From assembly GCA_963708075.1 (NCBI GenBank), contig OY970194.1, positions 4,320,001 to 4,384,000 on the forward strand: a stretch of 64,000 nucleotides of DNA, written 5' to 3'. Below, one piece after another: positions 21,326 to 32,055 of this stretch. Both the position numbers and the translations under genes were made by a program. Below the pieces are notes generated by a model. That model saw only the letters and a program-made list of their open reading frames with translations. It ran no database searches and had not been told where the DNA came from. Position 1 is the stretch's first letter; the number at the start of each line of letters is the position of its first letter. The stretch comes from Sedimentisphaerales bacterium. GTDB taxonomy: Bacteria > Planctomycetota > Phycisphaerae > Sedimentisphaerales > Anaerobacaceae.

Positions 21326-23158
21326 TCACCGGACGATTGTTACGCCGGCGGGCGCTTGGATGTCGCTTTGCACGGTGCCGTCGGGGCGTTTCTCGTGCCT
21401 GACGCGGATAATCCCCAGCGGCGTGGGAAAGGTCCCCTCCGCCCAGTCCAGGTCGGCCAGGTGCGGGTCGATCCGCACCGTGCGGCACCCGGGCTCCACG
21501 ACCTCGACCCCGAGGACATGCTCGGATAGCCATGCGGTGGGACCCGAGGCCCAGCCGTGGCAGAGGCTGTGGCGAAATCCCTTGTAGCAATAGTTGCCGA
21601 AATCGCCGTGGATATCCTTCTTGCCCGGCGGCACGACCTCGTCGATGCGGGCGGCGTCGGCCGTCCACTCAAGGTCGAAATCCTCCCAGAACGTCGTGGC
21701 CCCGAGATCGAGCATGGCGCCCCAGTACTGGCGGACACAGTCCAGAGCACCCTGGTAATCGCCGGCCAGGGCCCGGGCCTGAAGGACGTAGTAGCCGTAG
21801 AATGTTGACATCCTGCGGGCCCCGTCCACAGCCATCACTTGCTTATTGAGCTTTACAGGATCATCCAGGCCTGCCAGTGCGATCAGGGCCGCCGCCTGCT
21901 TGCTGCCGGCGGGGTCGGGAATGTGCTTGCCCAATCGCTCCACCGCCGCCTTGCACGTGTCCCGTGTGGCGGGCTCATCGAGGACTTCGCAAAGCTGCGC
22001 CCCGGCCCGCAGAGTCATCGTCATCAGCGCGTGCAGGCCGGCGTGGATGGCCGGCGCATTTTCGCTACTGGGCCAGTCCAGGAACCGATGCGCCGGCAGG
22101 TTCTCCCGATTGTCCGGGCCGATGCTCCGAGCCAGCAGGTCCAGCAGGCCGGTCAGGTACGGCTTCTGCCCGCGCAGATACTCCAGATCGCCCGTGTGCT
22201 GGTACCAGGAGTGTTGGATCAGCACCCACCACATGGAGTAGGAGCTGATGCCGTTCATCCACTTCGGCAACGGCGTCTCGTCGCGGATCAGGTCCAGGCT
22301 CTTCGGCACAACCTCGCCGGCCCCGAACACGGCGCAAATGCTCATCGCCTCCGGGTGCATGTCGCCGATCCAGACGAGCCGGTCGCGCTTGATGCCATCC
22401 CAGAGGTAGTCCTGCATGTTCAGGTGCACCGTGTACGCACCCGTCTGCCAGATGCGGTTGAGACGCTCGTCACTGCAGCGGAACGACCCTTTGTACTCGA
22501 TATCGCGGTAAATGAAGACAGCGCGGACAGCCTTGAACTGCACGAAACTGTCGGCGTCCGCCAGGTCGATCCGCACGAACCGAAAGCCCGTATTGCCGAT
22601 CTCGGCCGTGCCCAGCCAGGGAACGAGGAGGCTCTGGTCGCGAATGGCGTGGTCGTTCGTGGCGTTCTTGTCGCCGCCCAACTCGGCCATGGCCTCGCTG
22701 ACCGACTCGCCGAACCGCACGCGCAGCCGGACCGGCTTGTTGCCCTTCGTGTTCCAGACCATGATCTGCACGCCGCCATGCAGTTCGACGCCAAAATCAA
22801 GCAGGACGCCCGCCTTATCGCGCAGCACGCAAGGACTCGACGCATCGAGCGTGACCTGCCCCGTGCGCTTTGTCAACAGTGCCTCTGCATTCTCCACCCC
22901 CTTCTCACTGTGCCAGACGATGCGGCTGGGCCAAACGTACCGCCGCACCCGCGCATCGGCATCCACGCGAGCCGCGGCCTGTGGACGATCGACCGGCAAT
23001 GGTAACAGGCCCACTTGCGCTGAACTTGTCTCAATGCCGGCGCCTGCCGACAGCAGCCAAAGCGCGAGCGCAATACGTCGTCCCAAAGATCGTTGAATAG
23101 ATAAATGAAATGGCCCTGAGCGGCCGGATTCGTTCTTACGGTTCAAGTTTTGAGCCAT
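21326..23158 (-). CDS. Alpha-L-rhamnosidase (GH78)
   Basis: LLDFGVELHG, GFRFV, WDGIKRDRLVWIGD, GATTFWE and SLCHGWASGP; start approximate. Confidence 0.9.
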   Translation of the reverse strand: MAQNLNRKNESGRSGPFHLSIQRSLGRRIALALWLLSAGAGIETSSAQVGLLPLPVDRPQAAARVDADARVRRYVWPSRIVWHSEKGVENAEALLTKRTGQVTLDASSPCVLRDKAGVLLDFGVELHGGVQIMVWNTKGNKPVRLRVRFGESVSEAMAELGGDKNATNDHAIRDQSLLVPWLGTAEIGNTGFRFVRIDLADADSFVQFKAVRAVFIYRDIEYKGSFRCSDERLNRIWQTGAYTVHLNMQDYLWDGIKRDRLVWIGDMHPEAMSICAVFGAGEVVPKSLDLIRDETPLPKWMNGISSYSMWWVLIQHSWYQHTGDLEYLRGQKPYLTGLLDLLARSIGPDNRENLPAHRFLDWPSSENAPAIHAGLHALMTMTLRAGAQLCEVLDEPATRDTCKAAVERLGKHIPDPAGSKQAAALIALAGLDDPVKLNKQVMAVDGARRMSTFYGYYVLQARALAGDYQGALDCVRQYWGAMLDLGATTFWEDFDLEWTADAARIDEVVPPGKKDIHGDFGNYCYKGFRHSLCHGWASGPTAWLSEHVLGVEVVEPGCRTVRIDPHLADLDWAEGTFPTPLGIIRVRHEKRPDGTVQSDIQAPAGVTIVR

Positions 23159-23531
23159 TTTATTTATCCATTCAAAAGGCAATCCTGTCATTCGTCTCCA
23201 CCTCATCTTCGCTGCTCGAAGCCCCAGCCGGCCACTCGCTTGGCATCTTCAATTCCTGCGGAATCGCGCTGCCTATTTTGCTCGCCAGTGGTCTGCCTGT
23301 CAATACGCCACAGTGACGGATTTGGAGACAACGCGCATCGCCTAATTGCAGCATGGAGCGAATACTCCCTTATGCAAGACGTGCCCCCGTTTACGCCCCC
23401 CGAAGTCCCCGAAGACACGACCCTTTCACCCCTCAGGAGAAGAGTTGTCGATATGGATAGTCTCCCATCCTCCTCTGATACAATAATTCGTTAATTAAAG
23501 ATGTGATTCTTCTTCCCCTGAATGTCAACCC

Positions 23532-24821
23532 CTATTCTGGCAACAGCCCGTCAGGACGTGACCCCGTCTCCCCCTTTCCCCCCTTCTGAGTCCTGAGGAA
23601 GTCTCCCAATTGTTCATCTGAGCCCTGGCTCTCACTTCCCCTCGGAGTAAATATGTCGGGGTCCGAACTCTGTTTCTGCCCGCGTCTTTGAAATCGTGCT
23701 GGGTGGATTCGCTTAGGCTGCCACCAGACCCGCGTGACGCGCCCTATTATGCTCTTTCTTGGCACGGGTCCATGATAACGGCTGTCATCGCCAGTCGTGC
23801 GGTCATCGCTGAGAACGAAATAGTACCCTTCCGAAACGCGATATGGTTCAGCAACGGCGTAGGAAAGCCAGGAAGCCTCCCAATTCGCCACCTCCGGGCG
23901 GAAGAACGGGTGAAGCCGCCTTGTGGCAGCAGGCTCCCTATGCTCTCCATCGACAAAAATAACGCCGTTCCGGACCTGCACAGTCTCTCCTCCGCGTGCG
24001 ACGATACGGCTCAACCTGATCTGTCTGCTTTTCCCCTTGTCCAAAGCAGATTCCGGCAAAGTAAATAGGATGATATCGCCGATTTCAGGGTCCCTGTACC
24101 TGTAGGTCATCATGTCCACTATGCAATGGGAGCCGTGCGGCACTGTCGGCATCATACTGTTGCCGTTCCAGATCAGGTTCTCAACTAAGAATGTGCGCCG
24201 TGTTGCCCGGAGCGCGTAGCTACCCACAAGCGTCGCTGCAACAACACCGGCAAGGAGCCACGCGGTTCGCCAAGTGCGATTGTCCTTTTCACGCGTGCCC
24301 ATGAGAAGAGCATGAGCGCAGGCGAGTGATCGGAGGATCAGGACGCCTGCCTTGCCAGCGAGGCTTGCGAGTGACACAGGGACAAGCCACAAGTACAGGC
24401 AAAGGAAAAGAAATCCGATGTGAGAACGCCATCGTCGTTCGTGGAGTTGTCCGAGTCCCGGAACGAGCGAAGTCAGAAAGACTGGGAAATACGCACGCTG
24501 TGCCGGTCCTCGCATGGATTCGATATCGACGGAATGGAGCCTCCTCGTGGTCTGAAATGCATCTGCGGATGCAGCCGCGCGAAAGAACTTCGGTACAAGG
24601 AAGCTAAGGCCCACCGCCAAACCATCGGCCAGATAGCCCGATATGAGCAATGACCCCAGGATAGCCCCAAACAGGCAGAAGAGTAAGAAAGACCCGATTC
24701 CACGCAGGTAGGCCCCGCAATACAGATGGCCAGCGCCAGGTAGCAACCACGATAAGCTGGCAGCCAACCATGGATATCCTCGTGGCAAGATGAGTGTCTT
24801 GTGTGGATCGAAAATGCTCAT
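23532..24821 (-). CDS. Multi-TM protein fused to a divergent S26 signal peptidase I domain
   Basis: Two S-x-L-x-PG-x-G(H/Q)L TM modules; GNSMMPT, GDIILF and DSRYHG peptidase boxes; lower GC than the flanking genes. Confidence 0.75.
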   Translation of the reverse strand: MSIFDPHKTLILPRGYPWLAASLSWLLPGAGHLYCGAYLRGIGSFLLFCLFGAILGSLLISGYLADGLAVGLSFLVPKFFRAAASADAFQTTRRLHSVDIESMRGPAQRAYFPVFLTSLVPGLGQLHERRWRSHIGFLFLCLYLWLVPVSLASLAGKAGVLILRSLACAHALLMGTREKDNRTWRTAWLLAGVVAATLVGSYALRATRRTFLVENLIWNGNSMMPTVPHGSHCIVDMMTYRYRDPEIGDIILFTLPESALDKGKSRQIRLSRIVARGGETVQVRNGVIFVDGEHREPAATRRLHPFFRPEVANWEASWLSYAVAEPYRVSEGYYFVLSDDRTTGDDSRYHGPVPRKSIIGRVTRVWWQPKRIHPARFQRRGQKQSSDPDIFTPRGSESQGSDEQLGDFLRTQKGGKGETGSRPDGLLPE

Positions 24822-24981
24822 ACTCTCGTCATCTCATTGGCTAGCGAGTTCTATATTGGGCGCATTAACACTCGAAGTGCAACACGGCTCTGGAATACTA
24901 GGGACAGCCACTTATTTCTGGTCCACAGTAATAGGTGACTGCCCACGTTGACAAAGGACAATGACATCATCCGTCTCCATA

Positions 24982-26382
24982 TCATCTTCGTTGCTCGAAG
25001 GACCAGAATCGGATGCCGAAGGGCTCCAGCGACGCGCGGATCGTCGGCTGGTCCACCTTGACTTCGAAGGAGCGATCGGGTCGCAGACGCGCGATCTCGT
25101 CGTTGCTTGGCGTGGCGGCGTCGAGGAGGATTGGCTTGGCGGTCAGGGGGCCGGGGACATCTTTCAGGGTCATTTCCACCTGAGTGGGCGAGTTGGAGAA
25201 ATTCCACAGCAGGACATTGTACTGATAGGCGGAGTAACGGTCATCGCGAGCCGCAAATGCATGGACGCTCGGGCCGCTGGAGGTCACGGCCAGGCGGTCG
25301 CCGGTCAGGTGGGACAGCAGCTTGAATGTGAAGTAGGCGGGCCGGACGTTGTCCTGGAAATCAAACAGGCCGTCGAACTGCGGCATGCGGTTCCACCAGC
25401 CGGCCATGAACGCCGTGCCGCTCGCGGACATGAACGGGGCAAATCGCTCGAACTGCACATGGTAGTCGCGGATGTGGTAGTAGCACGAGTAGTCCAAACC
25501 TGCCTCCTTCATCTGCCAGGCGACCTCGGCCACAAAGCACGGCTGAATCGGTGCATCGGAGGGTGAGCCGAGGTTCAGGTTCCACTCGTCGAGAAACGTC
25601 TCGGGGTGCAGGTCCGGGTACTTCTTGAGCAGGGCTTGAACGCCGTCAATCGTGCCGCGAATCTGCTTCGGGTCGCTGCTGTAGATGTGCCAGGAGACAA
25701 AGTGCAGCGGCGCCTTGTCCTTGCCGGCGAAATCCAGCAGCGCCGGCAGGATGGGCGAGCCCCACCAGGCGAGGGCCGGGCCGCCAACCAGGGCGTTGGG
25801 GTCGGCGTGGAGGATGGCGGAGACGGTGTGCTGATAGTAGCGGCAATAGCTGTCCGGCTTGAAGCGATAAGGGCAGCCGCCGCTCTCGCCGATGTCCGGC
25901 TCGTTGGCGACCTCCCAGTAACGGATGCCGGCGCCGCGCCGGCGGTAGTGCCGGACGAGCTGGAAAATCAGCTCCTCCCACTGCCCGTAATCGTTCGGCT
26001 CGACGATGTCGTGATCGACCACGGGGAACAGGACGCGGGGCTTGAAGCAGATGCACATGAGCGGCTTGGCCCCCGTCCGCAGGATCGTGTCCACGCTGCG
26101 GTCGAGCGTCTCGAAGTGGTACTTGCCCTTGGCGGGCAGCAGGTCGAAATACTCCTGGATGAACAGGCGGATGATCGCGGGACCCAGCGCCCGAATCTCG
26201 GCGATACGATTGTCCCACATCGGGTCCTCGGACAGCCCCCCTTGCCCAAGCGCGAACCGCTCTATCTTCATCGGTCCCAGCCGCTCATTCAGCGACACGG
26301 TCACCTGCACCGGCTCGCCCTGAGCCAGTAGCCCCGCAGCACACAGCCAACTCGTCACCACCGCGAGAATGCATCTGTTCAT
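24982..26382 (-). CDS. GH39-like (clan A) glycoside hydrolase with signal peptide
   Basis: YWEVANEPD, VGGPA, FVSWHIY and FLDEWN; start taken at MNRCIL. Confidence 0.8.
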   Translation of the reverse strand: MNRCILAVVTSWLCAAGLLAQGEPVQVTVSLNERLGPMKIERFALGQGGLSEDPMWDNRIAEIRALGPAIIRLFIQEYFDLLPAKGKYHFETLDRSVDTILRTGAKPLMCICFKPRVLFPVVDHDIVEPNDYGQWEELIFQLVRHYRRRGAGIRYWEVANEPDIGESGGCPYRFKPDSYCRYYQHTVSAILHADPNALVGGPALAWWGSPILPALLDFAGKDKAPLHFVSWHIYSSDPKQIRGTIDGVQALLKKYPDLHPETFLDEWNLNLGSPSDAPIQPCFVAEVAWQMKEAGLDYSCYYHIRDYHVQFERFAPFMSASGTAFMAGWWNRMPQFDGLFDFQDNVRPAYFTFKLLSHLTGDRLAVTSSGPSVHAFAARDDRYSAYQYNVLLWNFSNSPTQVEMTLKDVPGPLTAKPILLDAATPSNDEIARLRPDRSFEVKVDQPTIRASLEPFGIRFWSFEQRR

Positions 26383-26549
26383 GCCTTGCCCTTTCATGCA
26401 CGTCACCCGTGTCATGGCGGTCCATTCTATCCGAGCGGACGCGCATGGCAACAAGCCAGTCCCGGCAGCAGGATCCAACAGCAAGATCGCGCAGAGATAG
26501 AGCGGCAGTGTGTGTCTATCGGTCCTCAGCTAGCCAGTCCAAGTCCCCC

Positions 26550-26803
26550 GGGTGGCACCGCCAAACTCGTTGGGTTCGTCCCAAATCCTCGAGATAGACC
26601 TGGTGCAAACTACCGAGACGGGTGGCATCGTCAAGGCCGAAGGCCTTGGCGATGGCGAATGGGCGAACCATCGCCAAGCTGCGCTTGACGCTGCCACCCA
26701 ATACTCAACAAATTGGGACGAACCCAACTCGTTTGACGGTGCTGATTCGATTGTGCCTGACGATCCGAGACCCCGCGGGCAAACGAGTTTGCCCGTGCCA
26801 CCC
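26550..26803. repeat. REPIN family C with a MITE in its left hairpin
   Basis: GGGTGGCAC…GTGCCACCC termini; homologous to 12963-13600. Confidence 0.8.
26572..26725. mobile_element. 154-bp MITE-like element with 8-bp target duplication
   Basis: TIRs GGGTTCGTCCCAA/TTGGGACGAACCC flanked by an exact AACTCGTT direct repeat (26564-26571 and 26726-26733). Confidence 0.85.
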
Positions 26804-26826
26804 AGAATTGTGCTTTTTCAAGCTTC

Positions 26827-26903
26827 GGCGCCATGCTTACGCTCGAGTAAGCATGCTTTGCCCATCGAACGGAGCATGTCTACGCGAGCGTAGACATGGC
26901 ACC
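26827..26903. repeat. REP-doublet family B
   Basis: Homolog of 12860-12938. Confidence 0.85.
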
Positions 26904-27006
26904 GGGCCTTGACAATGAAAGAATCCAAACGTTGTGCCAACTACGGTTGAGTACTTTGTGTCTCTGAGTGGCGGAAGGATTCGTGCGTGATCCGGGTCAC
27001 GCGGGC

Positions 27007-27041
27007 AAAAAAGAAGCCGCATCGTGTGTGATGCGGCTTCT
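27007..27041 (-). terminator. Rho-independent terminator after the SH3-domain gene
   Basis: AGAAGCCGCATC/GATGCGGCTTCT stem followed by a U-tract on the minus strand. Confidence 0.8.
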
Positions 27042-27077
27042 GTCGATTTCTGATTTGCGGGCACGTCGGCGCCGGGC

Positions 27078-28320
27078 TTACTCCAGCGGGACGACCTGCG
27101 TGTACTTGATGAAGGCCCGGGCCGTCGGCTCGTGCGGCTGAATCTCGCCTATGAGAACCGACCTTTTTGCCGATGAGCGAGGTCAGGTCCTGGCCCGTTG
27201 CTCCCGCCGCTGGGGCGATGTAGCAGACGGTCTTGCCCGTCTCGTCGAGGATGCGATACCGTTTGGTCTGATCCGTCGAGGGGTAAAGGCTCGACCCGGC
27301 CAGCTTGCCGACAAAGGCGAACTTGCCAAGGTCTTCGATCTGGGCCAGCCTCGCCGTGCGGGCCTCATCGATCTTGCTATTCACCTTTGCCCGCTCCTGG
27401 CTCTGCATTGCGATTTCCTTGTCGATGGTGCAGACCAGCTCGAATCGCTCGATCTGCTTGAGCGTGAATTCGGCATACTTGACGGCCTTGCCGGCCCCCT
27501 CATTCTTGGCGATCTCCTGGAGCTTTGTCTTGAACTCCGCGTAGTTCTGCTCGGACCTGGGCTTTGCGTGCATCGCTTTGACCTGCGCGACAATCGCGTA
27601 GTAGGCGTCGAGCAACTCGGATTCCGTGCCGGGCTGGACCTGTGCCTCCGCCGGAGCCTGCCCCTGAATCTGCACTCCCGGCTCGGCCGGGCCGGGCGTT
27701 GTCCGTCCCGGGCCCGCCTGGACAGGCCGGATGTATTCCGCACTCACCCACAGGTACGCGCCCTGCGGCGGAGCGATCTTGTAGTAGTCGTCCTTCTCCT
27801 CGCCCAGCAGCTTGACGGTGTCGCCGCGGAAGAGCTTGACCTGCTCGCTGGTCGAATGCATCGGCTCGACGAAGTCGGACCCGGCGTAGATGCGAACGTT
27901 GTCGCCCGTGACGATGCCGATCGTCGGGTTATCCAGATTGATGCTCACGTACTGCATCGGGATCCACGAGAAGCAGCCCGGGGGCGGCAGGACGCAGGCC
28001 CAACCCTGCTGCGTATTCACCACCTGGATGCGGTCGCTCTTGTAGAGCTTGCCGCACTTATAGAAGTTCGTGCCGGCGCCCGAGCGAAGGAATACGTCAT
28101 CGCCGGTGGCCTCCGCCACGTAGGAGCCCGTCGGTGTCTCGGCCGGCTTGGGCGTACCGATGGTCACGGGCGGCTGAGACGTCGATGCCATGTTGACATC
28201 GGTCTGAGCCCATGCCATGCCCGTCAGGCTCAGGGTGACAATCAGTGACAAGACAACGACTCCGCGACGAAATGACGCTGCGCACAGCGCGTGCCCGGAG
28301 TGATTCGTGCGAGCATACAT
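27078..28320 (-). CDS. Secreted tandem SH3-like domain protein; frameshift near 27155
   Basis: AAGGAGG RBS, signal peptide and two SH3b-like repeats. Removing one T gives …GKKVGLIGEIQPHEPTARAFIKYTQVVPLE*, which stops just before the terminator. Confidence 0.75.
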
Positions 28321-28618
28321 CTTTTTTGGCCTCCTTAAAGATGTTCCCATTCATGCCCCAGGAAATACCCGCCCATAAGACGGTCCTTCAGATATCACCT
28401 TAGTATCGGCAATCTGACCTGTCAACGATGAAATTATCGGGGTTAACGCAAATAATGCGCAAAAATCGCCTCGCCTCACGCCTGTCCGGCCCCCATCGCC
28501 CCTCTGCTCCGCCACACTGTCGCGATATCCCGCAACTGCCCGGGGTCGGGCCGAATCAGCTCCAAGCGGAATCGCGGGTAATAGGCTATTTGGCACCCCT
28601 CCTTCGGCTGCGGGGGAG

Positions 28619-28990
28619 CTACGTCCGGTCTTCGCCCTGATACTCGCGAATCCGTCCGCGCTGGACTATCCAGAGTCTTCGTGTAATATCTCTCTTCTTC
28701 AAGCCGCCAATCAGCGTATTGCAGGTGTCCAAGAGGTCCGGGTGGGATGGTCTGGGCGGAAGACGAAGGACAGCAATTCCATCGTAGTTTGCAGGATCAA
28801 AGAGCAAGGGATTTCCGAAATCCAGGTCGAGAGTTACCAAGCACCTTTGCTCCGACTGACAGGCGGCGATGACCTCGCGATCTGCTGCCTTGGAGAGACC
28901 CTGGCCTCGTACCGTCTGCACATCGTATCCGGCGGACTGGAACAGAGTCGCTGCCGTTCTGCCGAGGTTCTCGTCAAGCTTGAGCTTCAT
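28619..28990 (-). CDS. DUF5615 PIN-like toxin (VapC45-like)
   Basis: MKLKLDENL…D…LVTLDLDFG; ATGA overlap with the upstream gene. Confidence 0.88.
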   Translation of the reverse strand: MKLKLDENLGRTAATLFQSAGYDVQTVRGQGLSKAADREVIAACQSEQRCLVTLDLDFGNPLLFDPANYDGIAVLRLPPRPSHPDLLDTCNTLIGGLKKRDITRRLWIVQRGRIREYQGEDRT

Positions 28991-29232
28991 GTCCCGGTCC
29001 CCGTGGGAATGTCCACATATCGCTCTCGGGCCATTTCGGCGCCATAGGCAATACAGGCCAGGATGTCCTCCTCGGCCAGGTCGTATTCCTCCATGATCTG
29101 CTCCGACTTCATGCCGCCGGCCAGCAGGTCCAGGACCAGCGACACCCAGATTCGTCTTCCGCGAATGCAGGGCTTGCCGAAGCAGATGTTCGGGTCAATA
29201 GAAATCCGGTCAAGCAACTGTTCGCGAGTCAT
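28987..29232 (-). CDS. DUF433 antitoxin
   Basis: RISIDPNICFGKPCIRGRRIWV…EDILACIAY. Confidence 0.92.
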   Translation of the reverse strand: MTREQLLDRISIDPNICFGKPCIRGRRIWVSLVLDLLAGGMKSEQIMEEYDLAEEDILACIAYGAEMARERYVDIPTGTGT

Positions 29233-29361
29233 ACTGCACCTGCCTTTCTCGAAGGCTGCCGATAGGTAGTCCGTTCACTGAGCGCACTGCGACTTTGATG
29301 CCAACACAAGAGTACCTTATCCGCCCGTCTCTTGCAAGAAAGCCGCCCGAGGGCGTGCTCG

Positions 29362-30555
29362 TTAGGTTTTCAGTCGGGCGAGTTCCTGGCGGCACATTTC
29401 TAACTGGTTGGGGTCGGAGAGTCGTTCGCAGGCTTTCTGGAGGTGGTCCAGGGCCTCCTGCGGCTTGTTCAGGTAGCGGGAGTAAAGGATGCCGAGCATA
29501 AGTTCCACCTGCTCGACGTACTCGTAATTGCCGTAGTGGGTGAGGAATTGCTCATAGGCTTGGGCGGCCTCCATCGTGCGCTGGCTGCTGGCCAACTGGT
29601 TGGCGACGTCGAGCAGATGCTGTCGCGGCAGAACCTGCCCGGGGTCGAGCCGGATCAATTCCAGGTACAGATCGGCCGCTGCCGACAGGTTTCGCTGCGA
29701 GATCCAGCGGCTGATCTCATGGCGGATCTGCCCGATCCGGGTCTGTTTCTGCGGGTCACCGCCCGGCTGCTGGACCTCCTTCGCCTCCACTCGCTTCCGG
29801 GCTTCCGTCCACGCGAAGGGATCGTACCCGTTCGCGACGGCATCGCGATAGAGCCGCCGGCGGTTCCAGTGCTTGATCATCGCCCACAGATCGAAGCTGC
29901 TGCTGCTCACGATCCGGGTGGCCAGAAGGAACAACGTGGTTCCTATGCCATACGCATACCCGGCCAAATGGGCGTCATACGCCACAGTGGACGCGTAGCC
30001 GGCGATCATGTTATCGAACAGGATCATCTTGAAGGCGATGAACCACAGGGCGGGCACCTCGACCGTCCCGATGAAGAAGAACCAGTAAATCACAGTGATC
30101 AGCGTCTGCGGAAACAGCACCAGGTATGCCCCGGTAACCGCCGCGACGGCGCCGCTGGCCCCGAGCGTCGGGTTGAATGAATTCGGGCTCACGAGCGTAT
30201 GGCCGACGCCGCTCAGGATGGCGCCGACCAGGTAGAACAGGATGTACCAGAAATGACCGAGCTTGTCGTTGATGTTGTTGCCGAACAGGTACAGGAAGAA
30301 CATGTTGCCGATGATGTGCATGTGGTTGGCGTGCAGGAAGGCATAGGTCAGGAACTGCCAGTATTGCCACGCCGCGGGGATCAGCATCCAGTGGACAAAC
30401 GGCGGCCGGATCATTGAGATGAAGGGTTGACCATCAAGCTCGTACTGGTAGGGCCCGCCGTAAGACAGCAGGAAGATAACAATGTTCACGGCAATGAGAG
30501 CGTAATTCGCATAGGGCGTACGCCTCGGCCATATATTGGTCCGGATCGGCAGCAT
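29362..30555 (-). CDS. Rhomboid intramembrane serine protease with C-terminal TPR domain
   Basis: FLHA…HIIGNM, GASGA and AHLAG motifs; helical TPR-like tail. Confidence 0.9.
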   Translation of the reverse strand: MLPIRTNIWPRRTPYANYALIAVNIVIFLLSYGGPYQYELDGQPFISMIRPPFVHWMLIPAAWQYWQFLTYAFLHANHMHIIGNMFFLYLFGNNINDKLGHFWYILFYLVGAILSGVGHTLVSPNSFNPTLGASGAVAAVTGAYLVLFPQTLITVIYWFFFIGTVEVPALWFIAFKMILFDNMIAGYASTVAYDAHLAGYAYGIGTTLFLLATRIVSSSSFDLWAMIKHWNRRRLYRDAVANGYDPFAWTEARKRVEAKEVQQPGGDPQKQTRIGQIRHEISRWISQRNLSAAADLYLELIRLDPGQVLPRQHLLDVANQLASSQRTMEAAQAYEQFLTHYGNYEYVEQVELMLGILYSRYLNKPQEALDHLQKACERLSDPNQLEMCRQELARLKT

Positions 30556-30953
30556 TCTTCAGTAGTTTTCCAGAGTCCCGATAAGAAGTACGTATTGACC
30601 AAAATACGTATTCTAATGCTGCCGGGTTGGCGCAACAAGGCATAAAAAAAGGACGGCAGTCGCCGTCCTACTCATGGGAATGAGTCTTATGCAAGACAGT
30701 TCTCCCCTGCGGAAAACCTGCGAACTGCCTCACCGCAGTTGCTGCCCTCCACACGTACCTCACTCTATGGAGAGTATAGGAACAAAACCGGGAGAGGCCA
30801 AATCGACCGGCAAGAAACATGGGGCACTCCGGCGTGGATACAGACCCCCTCCCCGGCGTTTATCGCTTTATGCCTCCGGCATATTCTGGTAAACTCGGCC
30901 AACTGCCACGGATGGCGGGCTACACGAGATGTACTTGCAGATTGGACTGGATC

Positions 30954-32022
30954 ATGAAGACAGAGCACATGCAGCATCGCGTCACGAATGCTCGGGAACA
31001 ACTGGGCACGAGGCATATCGATGTGTTGATCCTTACAAAGCCTGCCAACGTTACTTACCTCACGGGTTTTTCGGGCGAGGATAGCTGGGCGATCGTCACA
31101 AAGAACGCCGTATACCTGCTGACAGACAGCCGCTACACCGAGCAGGCACAGAAGGAGTGCGTCGGAACGACCATCGTGGAGCGCAAAGACCTCATCGCGC
31201 CGTCGGCCGGCAAGCTGGTGCGAAAGCTCAAGTCAGCGAAAATCGTCGCCGTGGAGAACTCAATCCCCGTGGCGATGTATCAGGCTCTCAGAAAGAGTGC
31301 TGGTCTGCCTATCAAGACAGTGGGCAGCGTCATCGAGACCCTGCGGGCCGTCAAGGATGAGGAGGAGACCGCTGCGATCAGGACCGCCGCAGCCATCGCG
31401 GCGTCGGCGTTCAAGAGGGCCGTACGCCACGCCAGGCCGGGCGTGACGGAGAGTGAGATGGCGGGCATTCTCGACTTGGAGATGCGCCGACGAGGGGCGA
31501 AGATCGGCTTTGACACGATCGTTGCCTTCGGGCCCAACGCTTCCCGCCCGCACCACCAGCCCGGCCCAAGGAAACTGGTGGAAACGGACACTGTGCTCAT
31601 CGATTTCGGCGCCCGATACCGGGGCTACTGCTGCGATATCACCCGCAGCTTTGCCATCGGCAAGCCGACCGCCGCCTATCGCAAGGCATATCAGGTCGTG
31701 GAGAAGGCTCAGGCCGCCGCGATCCAAGCGGCCAAAGCGGGGATCGAGTTGATGCGGCTCGATGCCATCCCGCGCCGTTATTCGCAAGAATGGCCTGCCG
31801 GTCTATGGCCACGGAACCGGCCACGGATTCGGCTTGGAAATCCACGAGACCCCGTTTCTTCGTGAGAAGGCCGAGGGCAAGCTCCAAGCCGGCCAGATCA
31901 TCACCATCGAGCCCGGCGTCTACATCCCCGGCAAGCTCGGCGTCCGCATCGAAGACGATATCCTCATTACCGACGATGGCTGCGAGCTCCTCACAGGCGC
32001 CTGCCCGCGCAGGCCGTTCTAG
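30954..32022 (+). CDS. Xaa-Pro aminopeptidase (M24B); frameshift near 31769
   Basis: NVTYLTGF, TDSRY and IDFG…CDITR, continuing in the next frame with HGTGHGFGLEIHE, TIEPGVY and VRIEDD. Confidence 0.88.
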
Positions 32023-32055
32023 AGCGATGCATCGGCCTTAGATACCCGGGCGGAT

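Noticed and set aside
23368..23390. Possible sigma54 promoter upstream of GH78
   Set aside because: GG-N10-GC is met only through a G run; the TGGCAC spacing is wrong.
28619..29232. Toxin-antitoxin pair as a novel defence system
   Set aside because: An ordinary DUF433/DUF5615 module with no associated defence genes.
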